DNA of 64,000 bases from a virus, in the IMG/VR virus record IMGVR_UViG_3300009285_003054, positions 112,804 to 176,803 of that record. One strand, 5' to 3'. Shown here one piece after another: positions 58,314-64,000 of this stretch; position 1 is the stretch's first letter, and every line of letters starts with the position of its first letter. A program made the translations under genes and the position numbers. Under the pieces are notes generated by a model. That model saw only the letters and a list, made by a program, of their open reading frames with translations. It did no database searches and had not been told where the DNA came from.

Positions 58314-59744
58314 TTATATAATCAAAATGTTAACCTTCCTCAAGATGTGCGGTGGAAGGTTCCCGAAATGTGTCTGCATAAGCTTCTCCGAGGAACCAAC
58401 CACGCCAGGACAGCAAACGATTAGGCTGGTCAGTCTCCGGATCAATGGTGGCAATATATTAGTCTCGATAGAAGATGCTACGGTGGGCCAAAAATCCAAA
58501 TCGGTGACCCAGATCACAACATTGGTATTTGACTTTTCCATCTGTGTAATCACTGGGTTCAATTCAGTACTTTTCCCAACTTTAATACCCGGTTGGGAAA
58601 GATCTAACTTAACCAGTGTGGATGCAAAACCATACATATTCTGTACTCGGAATCGGAGAGTTTTAGCAATTCCTAGTACGGTCCCCCAATAGGGTTTCAT
58701 GGATTGGGAAAAGTCCAGGTAGATATCCCCTTTCTCATACGTCGGGAATTCGACGTGCTCCCACTCAGACGGAAGGTACCCAAGTGCTAACCTTTGCGCA
58801 TCTCCGGAAGACACTCTCTGTGGGTGTGTCGAATCCATACGGGTTATGTCAAATCCACCACCCATTGCCCCAGATATGGTTGTGATTAATCCGGTATGAT
58901 CCCCTGTCGATTGTAAGTTAGCGATTCCTAAGAGTTGTTCCTCCATTGGAAGAAAGGTAACATCTGACGGAAGATGAAGAGATGCGAATGAGATATAAGA
59001 TGCATCTTTTGGTGCAGCGGGTAGTTGACTGGAATCCTTTCCCGTGCTTGGGCTGAATTCTAGTGAATCGGCTGAACCGTCGGGCGAGTATGTACTAAAT
59101 TTGAAACAAGCAGGGTCTGTAGTATTCTCCCGCCAAACTCGGATACACATCATAGCATCCAGAATGCCCTGTTGGTGGATCCTGCGGTATCCATAGGCTC
59201 CGGTATGCCATGATAGTACAGCTTGTGCCGGCTCTACAGCAAACACAGGGTCTGTCATCAGGTTTTCAAGTAGCCTAGAGTTGTTTTGCAGGACTAAGTG
59301 TACACCTGTGGTGTACACCCGGCCGGTAAGATCACTCCCTGTGATACAGGTAGCCAACGGGTTTATTACTGCGTCCTCTTCAAAACAAGTCACACTACTA
59401 GTGTCGACTATATGATTGAGCACTATGTGACCACGCTCGTGTAGGAGTACAAAGGCTAAGTCATTAACCGTTTTGATATGCTGGGTGAAAAACCCCGGAT
59501 TGAAACGCAGTTCCTTGTAACTCAACGAGACAGTCACGGTAGCAGTCTCAAAACAAAAACACACAGTCACTAGTCTGCGTAGTAATGGGATGCGTGTGCC
59601 GACCGCGTCTTCTAAACACAAGATAGTCTGTGTTATACACTGTGCAAGTAATCGAGATAACGTGGTGTAGTCTGGGTACGGTGTGACCAGAGATGTGTGG
59701 ATATCCTGGAGTAAAATGCATGCTTTGGGGGTAGGTAGAAACAT
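58314..59744 (-). CDS. Metallopeptidase-like (HExxH) plus VWA domain protein (DUF2201-like)
   Basis: LRFNPGFF...FVLLHERGH...DAVIN. MIDAS motif YLDFSQSM, then STELNPV and WVTDL. Confidence 0.75.
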   Translation of the reverse strand: MFLPTPKACILLQDIHTSLVTPYPDYTTLSRLLAQCITQTILCLEDAVGTRIPLLRRLVTVCFCFETATVTVSLSYKELRFNPGFFTQHIKTVNDLAFVLLHERGHIVLNHIVDTSSVTCFEEDAVINPLATCITGSDLTGRVYTTGVHLVLQNNSRLLENLMTDPVFAVEPAQAVLSWHTGAYGYRRIHQQGILDAMMCIRVWRENTTDPACFKFSTYSPDGSADSLEFSPSTGKDSSQLPAAPKDASYISFASLHLPSDVTFLPMEEQLLGIANLQSTGDHTGLITTISGAMGGGFDITRMDSTHPQRVSSGDAQRLALGYLPSEWEHVEFPTYEKGDIYLDFSQSMKPYWGTVLGIAKTLRFRVQNMYGFASTLVKLDLSQPGIKVGKSTELNPVITQMEKSNTNVVIWVTDLDFWPTVASSIETNILPPLIRRLTSLIVCCPGVVGSSEKLMQTHFGNLPPHILRKVNILII

Positions 59745-59811
59745 GAGTTATCTCGATTACTTTTAATGGGTGGATGTCTAAGCATTATCCACACTCTCGA
59801 GGCACATCCGC

Positions 59812-60040
59812 CTATTGTTTCAAAATCCTCACCAGCTCCGCATGAGCGGAGTCGGCTGCTGCACTCACGGTGCCGACGTGCGCGGCCATGCGTCCGTAAG
59901 TCTCAAACCCCAACACCTCGATCTCACGTTGGCATTGGGTAAGTTTCCTCGTCAGTGTCTTCAATTTTTGTGCCAACGCGAGATCTTCCTGGGGGCGCTC
60001 CCCCCACTCGACTTCTCGAGCCAGATCTTCGATCTGTTTC
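59812..60040 (-). CDS. Small coiled-coil hypothetical protein (75 aa)
   Basis: Start set at MKQIEDL (AAGGGG RBS). The longer ORF call to 60426 overlaps another gene. Confidence 0.55.
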
Positions 60041-60196
60041 ATTTCTACCCCTTTCTTATTCCGGTTCTTATTCCGGAGCTCATCCCGGGATAGAGCTGGG
60101 GTCACGGTTCTCGGGACCGTGACTATAACCCGCCGACGCAGCCTGAGATGCCGTCCGGTCCCGCTGCGTCGGGGGGAGGGGAGGGACGGAAAAAAA

Positions 60197-60514
60197 CTAC
60201 TCTGGCTCGGGCTCGATCGGAAGACCCAAGCGGATCCGCACACCGTTCCTGGCACACCGGACCTCTTCTGGTGTCGGTGGGCACCATATCGGCGCCTCCG
60301 CACACACGATGGCTGTGTAAAGCCCCCTGAGCCTGAGACTTCCAACCGGCTCGATCGGGGATCGATCTCCGATCGAGGAAAAATAAACTCGTTCGATGTC
60401 CTTCCCGTTGGGCCATCTGTACTCAAGGAACTTCCCTCCGGCAGTTTCCCCGTTCCGGAGGTCGGAGTGGTAGCGGCCCAACTCCGCCAAAAAAACCGGA
60501 TTGAATTCGTACAT
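60197..60514 (-). CDS. Hypothetical early protein (105 aa)
   Basis: AAGGAG RBS; lies downstream of the sigma70 promoter. Confidence 0.6.
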   Translation of the reverse strand: MYEFNPVFLAELGRYHSDLRNGETAGGKFLEYRWPNGKDIERVYFSSIGDRSPIEPVGSLRLRGLYTAIVCAEAPIWCPPTPEEVRCARNGVRIRLGLPIEPEPE

Positions 60515-60541
60515 CTCTTCTCCTTCGCCCCGTGGCGACTT

Positions 60542-61195
60542 TTAGTGGTGGTTCAGAATCATCATCATAGCTACTGCCAACCGAGTATTTCCCTGAAACC
60601 CCCGAGTACCAACCTCACCAGCCCAAAGCCCCTTGTGGTGGGCTTTGCTTAGTCGGGTAACCACACCCACACGTTGCCACTGATACATCAGGGTATACGA
60701 CGCGGGTGGTAACCGAATAAACTTGATCATCTTTAGGTCTACCTTCACACCAGGAACGCATTCAACCCCATCCGAAGCAACAGGTTGGTCACAATCAGGG
60801 GGATTTTGGACACATTCATGAGAAGCAGCCGGGTTGCTGGGGAGATCAGCATTGATGTGTTCATTCATGAACTTTTGCGCCCAGGCGGCGTATCTAGATG
60901 GACCAATACCAGCCCCATTGTCTTTGATAAACGCATTGTCTGCTTCTTGCAGACCCACCCCAGCCTTCTTAAAAGCAGGCGCCCATTCCTTATAGGTGGA
61001 TATCCACTCATCCAGGAACTGGATCCTACTGCATGCATCCCTACCGTGGGTCTCTTCGGAGAACCTACGGATATCAGCCATACTGTAGGTATCCCCCTTG
61101 TACATGACCCGGATGCGGTTCAGCTCACTAAGCAATGCATCCACCCTCATGAATGGTAGCATTACCTTTCGAGCAGTGTGTTTCTTTTTCCCCAT
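60542..61195 (-). CDS. Hypothetical early protein (217 aa)
   Basis: First gene after the consensus promoter; duplicated AAGGAG RBS. Confidence 0.7.
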   Translation of the reverse strand: MGKKKHTARKVMLPFMRVDALLSELNRIRVMYKGDTYSMADIRRFSEETHGRDACSRIQFLDEWISTYKEWAPAFKKAGVGLQEADNAFIKDNGAGIGPSRYAAWAQKFMNEHINADLPSNPAASHECVQNPPDCDQPVASDGVECVPGVKVDLKMIKFIRLPPASYTLMYQWQRVGVVTRLSKAHHKGLWAGEVGTRGFQGNTRLAVAMMMILNHH

Positions 61196-61219
61196 TTCGA
61201 TCTCCTTTTCGATCTCCTT
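61196..61219 (-). repeat. 12-bp tandem duplication of the ribosome-binding site (AAGGAGATCGAA x2)
   Basis: TTCGATCTCCTT at 61196-61207 and 61208-61219. Confidence 0.85.
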
Positions 61220-61297
61220 TGTGTTGCACAGGCAGTACTACGTCTAACTTTACAGGATCCCCATCGGGTTCTTCAAGTTAGCATAGCACATATCACT

Positions 61298-61326
61298 ATT
61301 ATATATGCGAAAAGGTAGAATGTCAA
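61298..61326 (-). promoter_or_regulatory. Perfect sigma70/sigmaA promoter TTGACA-N17-TATAAT (early promoter)
   Basis: Plus strand ATTATA at 61298-61303 and TGTCAA at 61321-61326; 17-nt spacer; T-rich upstream element. Confidence 0.9.
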
Positions 61327-61421
61327 AGAAAAACTAGAATTGGGTAGGATTTGGCGTTAGTTCAGGGTTTTTGGGTGTAGTAAGGTAGGATCAATGTGGA
61401 TCATAGACACCCGGTAAGATG

Positions 61422-62195
61422 CTACTCTGTCTCGAATCCGATCTTGTCTGGGTGTTCACACATGTATGCGAGTGCGTTCCGCACGTCATCCTCTTCAAAG
61501 AAGGATGTCAGACCGAAGAGACTCAGCGCCACGGCATCTGTCAGCTTCTTGAAGCACGGTCGGTTCGCCAACTTTGTCGGTTTGGTCACTTTGTCGGCGA
61601 CATCTTCGGTCTTCTTGGTACTCTTGGTTTTCTTCGGCTCTTCCACATCTGGAGCTTCCACGAAGCTGACTTCGTACCCAGCCTTGACCAGTGCCTTCTG
61701 AAGCTTGACCCGGTTTGGCTTCGTGGCGTCATCCATGAAGTACCCGTTGATGGCCTTGTTGCGGCTGAACGACAAGCCCACTGCCTTCAGCGCGTCTTTG
61801 TCATATTCCTGATCCTCACCCTCCTGGGTCGAAGATCGAACGATGAGCTTCCCAGACGCACCTTTTCCCGAGATAGTCACCTCCAGGGGTGTTGGGTCTG
61901 GTTCCTCTTCCTCTTCCTCTTCGTCTTCCTCTTCTTCCTCTTCTTCCTCTTCTTCCTTTTCTTCCTCTTCTTCCTCTTCTTCCTCTTCTTCCTCTTCTTC
62001 CTCTTCTTCCTCTTCGTCTTCGTCTTCCTCCTCTTCCTCTTCGACATCGTCCCACTCTTCCTCGTCGTCGAACTCCTCCTCATCCTCCGGATCCGGAGCA
62101 AGTTTCTTCGTCTTTGTCGAAGTTTTCTTTGGGGTATCAGTTCCGGAGATCTTCTTCTTGTTCTTCTTGTCTTCTTTTGCCATTACTTTTGCCAT
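61422..62195 (-). CDS. Polyacidic protein 2 (basic N-tail, E/D tract of about 60 residues, HARP-like domain)
   Basis: AAGGA RBS. KDALKAVGLSFSRNK...KALVKAGYEV parallels acidic protein 1. Confidence 0.8.
   Translation of the reverse strand: MAKVMAKEDKKNKKKISGTDTPKKTSTKTKKLAPDPEDEEEFDDEEEWDDVEEEEEEDEDEEEEEEEEEEEEEEEEEEEKEEEEEEEEEEDEEEEEEEPDPTPLEVTISGKGASGKLIVRSSTQEGEDQEYDKDALKAVGLSFSRNKAINGYFMDDATKPNRVKLQKALVKAGYEVSFVEAPDVEEPKKTKSTKKTEDVADKVTKPTKLANRPCFKKLTDAVALSLFGLTSFFEEDDVRNALAYMCEHPDKIGFETE
61902..62087. repeat. (GAA GAG GAA)n low-complexity coding repeat (poly-Glu)
   Basis: TCTTCCTCT 9-mer array. Confidence 0.9.
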
Positions 62196-62261
62196 TAGGC
62201 GGTTCCTTTCCTTCTGTGTTGATGTCTACAGGTAACGACTCCCTACTCTACCATGCCTACT

Positions 62262-62573
62262 TTACTGCTTCTTTGCCTTCCGGACGACTAATTTGGCCTT
62301 CCGGAACAACTGTCTAACCTTCTCATCTGCCTTGGGGCCAGTAAACCCAAGTATTCGGATGAACCCCACCACTTCCTCCTCATTCATACGACCCAGTGTC
62401 CGAGAGAATGTCTTTTCTTCCCCGGCTTTGTTGGTGGTTGTGACGCTTCTAGTCATTGCCAGCTTCGGTTCTCCTTTGTCGTAGGACGCAACGCCCACGT
62501 GGATGGGCATTGAGTCACTCATGATTTCCCCTACGCAGATCAACTCTTTATCCTTACCAGGATCAAAACCCAT
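62262..62573 (-). CDS. PC4/YdbC-like ssDNA-binding or transcription factor
   Basis: IHVGVASYDKGEPKLAMTR...LGRMNEEEV follows the PC4 strand-strand-helix pattern. Confidence 0.5.
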   Translation of the reverse strand: MGFDPGKDKELICVGEIMSDSMPIHVGVASYDKGEPKLAMTRSVTTTNKAGEEKTFSRTLGRMNEEEVVGFIRILGFTGPKADEKVRQLFRKAKLVVRKAKKQ

Positions 62574-62604
62574 TGTAGCCCCTCTCTAAGATTGATCCTA
62601 TTGA

Positions 62605-63141
62605 TTACTCGGCGTCATCTTCCTTCTCTTCAATAACTCTGATCCCAATGTCTACCAGATTGGACATTGGGATGAACCGAATCTTTTCGTACCCGTAACT
62701 GGCGTATGCCAGCCCCACACCAAGCGTGTCTACTGCCCCGATGAATGCGTTCGGGACAGTTTGCGTGCGTCCACCATCACTGAACCGAACCCGTGCTGGA
62801 AACCCTACCACATGCGACCAAACACCCCCACCTTCTGGGGTAGGCCATGGCATGTTTGGAAAATTCGACCCTGTGCCCTTGTCGAGACGGCGCTCTATGT
62901 ACAGAACGCAATTCCAAGACGCCATGATTGTTTCCTGACTTCCTCGCCATGTGCGAGAGAACGTAACACCAGCAGTGTCAACTCTCTCGCACATCCCTGA
63001 CAGTATCTCTCCTGCACGATCCCCATCCCTCAAAGCCATATCAACGGAACATCCTGCCAGGTGGCTGGTAGACACTGTGAAACCCGGTGGGATTTTGGTT
63101 GTGAGATCCGGATACCACTGGTTCTTCTTCTTTTCCTTCAT
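62605..63141 (-). CDS. Hypothetical protein
   Basis: 178-aa ORF with AAGGAG RBS. Confidence 0.6.
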   Translation of the reverse strand: MKEKKKNQWYPDLTTKIPPGFTVSTSHLAGCSVDMALRDGDRAGEILSGMCERVDTAGVTFSRTWRGSQETIMASWNCVLYIERRLDKGTGSNFPNMPWPTPEGGGVWSHVVGFPARVRFSDGGRTQTVPNAFIGAVDTLGVGLAYASYGYEKIRFIPMSNLVDIGIRVIEEKEDDAE

Positions 63142-63257
63142 TCTCTTCTCCTTTGATTGTATAGACAGAGATACCTAAACACCGCACCTACAGCCATTCT
63201 TTAGGGATTCAAGGTAAAAGGTATTCATCGGGGCAAGCAAGCTAGAAAAACTTCAAA

Positions 63258-63289
63258 TATTGTCGGAGGTGTGTGTATTGTCGGAGGTG
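63258..63289. repeat. 14-bp direct repeat TATTGTCGGAGGTG x2 (18-bp period), intergenic
   Basis: Copies at 63258-63271 and 63276-63289. Confidence 0.8.
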
Positions 63290-63315
63290 GGTGTGTGATG
63301 TGTGTACTGGTATCT

Positions 63316-63999
63316 CTAAGTCTCTTGTATTGGTGCGTAGGTATCCGATGATGCAATGTCAAAGCCCCATGCCACTGCAGCATGGGCCGTCGGGATGTCG
63401 TAGGGTACGCGCAGGGCGTACTCCCGGCCTGTCGATGGACACTTCACCAGTACAAAACGAGCTGGGTTAGCGTCGTCTCCAAGTTTGGTTGTTTCAACCA
63501 ATACCCCAAACTCTGATCGGTCAATTTCGTGGGCATCCAAATGCGCAAGATATCGCGGCATCCCGTACCGTTCAATTAGAACTCTCCTAATCTCTTGGTT
63601 GGGTTCATCCGTGATGATAGCTGGTGTAATACGCTCTGGAGACGTAATTATCCAGTCTGGCACCCTGACACCATGCCAGGCATAAACCCCCCATCCATCG
63701 GGATAACAAATAGCCATTTCGGACTCGTTATGGAGAGCACCCCGATCATCCAGATGGATAACAGATGGCCTATCGGTGTAGATACATGCGTGCTCAAACG
63801 GCCACCACCAACCACATACCCCTGCAACCTCTATGATTCCGGCTATTTCGGGTATGTTAACGACGGCTGAAAATACATCGTAAAAACTCAGCCATCCTGC
63901 GTCATGACTACCAAAACAAGCGACCCCGACTTGATCCCCGACTTGATCCCCGACTTGATCCCCGACTTGATCTCCGACTTGATCCCAGACTTGATTCCT
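63316..63999 (-). CDS. DUF6745-domain protein, 5' end outside the window
   Basis: The frame is open to the window edge: (DQVG)n-ACFGSHDAGWLSFYD...GWWWPFE...DRP...LH...YPDGWGVYAWHGVRVP...N.EIRRVLIERYG...VKCPSTGREYALRVP. Confidence 0.8.
   Translation of the reverse strand, partial: RNQVWDQVGDQVGDQVGDQVGDQVGVACFGSHDAGWLSFYDVFSAVVNIPEIAGIIEVAGVCGWWWPFEHACIYTDRPSVIHLDDRGALHNESEMAICYPDGWGVYAWHGVRVPDWIITSPERITPAIITDEPNQEIRRVLIERYGMPRYLAHLDAHEIDRSEFGVLVETTKLGDDANPARFVLVKCPSTGREYALRVPYDIPTAHAAVAWGFDIASSDTYAPIQET
63924..63995. repeat. 12-bp coding tandem repeat (CCCCGACTTGAT, six copies) encoding DQVG/DQVW
   Basis: Four exact and two variant copies; probably continues past the window edge. Confidence 0.9.
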
Positions 64000-64000
64000 G

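Noticed and set aside
60151-60200. preQ1-I riboswitch (stem followed by AAAAAAACTAC) or HDV/hammerhead ribozyme
   Set aside because: The A-tail is on the non-coding strand, the loop is too long and lacks the UAG pairing partner, and no CUGANGA/GAAA or HDV P3/L3 core is present.
59812-60426. 204-aa ORF as a single gene
   Set aside because: Its 5' part overlaps the RBS-supported 60197..60514 gene and a structured GC-rich spacer. The start at 60040 is more plausible.
57545-62317. Poly-Ser, poly-Phe/Leu and poly-Lys/Arg ORFs (e.g. 57777..58247+, 61419..62198+, 61843..62235+, 61877..62101-)
   Set aside because: They are shadow frames of the GAR/GAY repeats. Only the acidic frame has an RBS and a folded domain.
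406-63870. Numerous plus-strand ORFs of 60-275 aa
   Set aside because: Nearly all lie antisense to longer minus-strand genes with recognisable motifs, and none has a convincing motif of its own.
63924-63995. CRISPR array
   Set aside because: The 12-bp units have no spacers and are an in-frame coding repeat.
1-64000. Alternative genetic code (stop-codon reassignment)
   Set aside because: Conserved genes are full length under code 11, and TAA, TAG and TGA all serve as stops with tight gene packing.
1-64000. tRNA, rRNA, integrase, transposase or reverse transcriptase/DGR
   Set aside because: Intergenic gaps are short and show no cloverleaf or T-loop signature. No ORF has the relevant motifs, and I saw no template/variable repeat pair.

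Overview
This 64-kb window is part of a large tailed-phage (myovirus-type, probably jumbo) genome. Every credible gene lies on the minus strand, uses the standard code and is tightly packed. In transcription order (right to left): (1) 64.0-57.5 kb, small early/accessory genes, including a 5'-truncated DUF6745 protein, a PC4-like protein, two polyacidic paralogs, a perfect sigma70 promoter and a metallopeptidase-VWA protein. (2) 57.5-43.7 kb, replication and repair: PolX, ATP-dependent ligase, SF2 helicase, degenerate DnaC-like protein, DnaB, 5'-3' exonuclease, probable sliding clamp and FolE. (3) 43.6-13.6 kb, baseplate and tail module: hub/lysin, spike, wedge, J-like protein and fibre proteins. 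(4) 13.1-0 kb, QueE and a UDG-fused family A DNA polymerase, followed directly by a block of modifying enzymes: SAM methyltransferase-GNAT fusion, a paralogous Fem/CelD-like GNAT, a YkgJ-like Cys-cluster protein, an unknown protein, a second GNAT, dCTP deaminase and a zincin. The best candidate for an undescribed system is this polymerase-coupled methyl/acyl-transfer operon in a phage that also encodes 7-deazaguanine pathway enzymes (FolE, QueE), which suggests a new DNA hypermodification. A second notable item is a baseplate lysin in which an NlpC/P60 domain appears nested inside an M15-type peptidase domain. All family calls come from motif recognition by eye; no searches were run.
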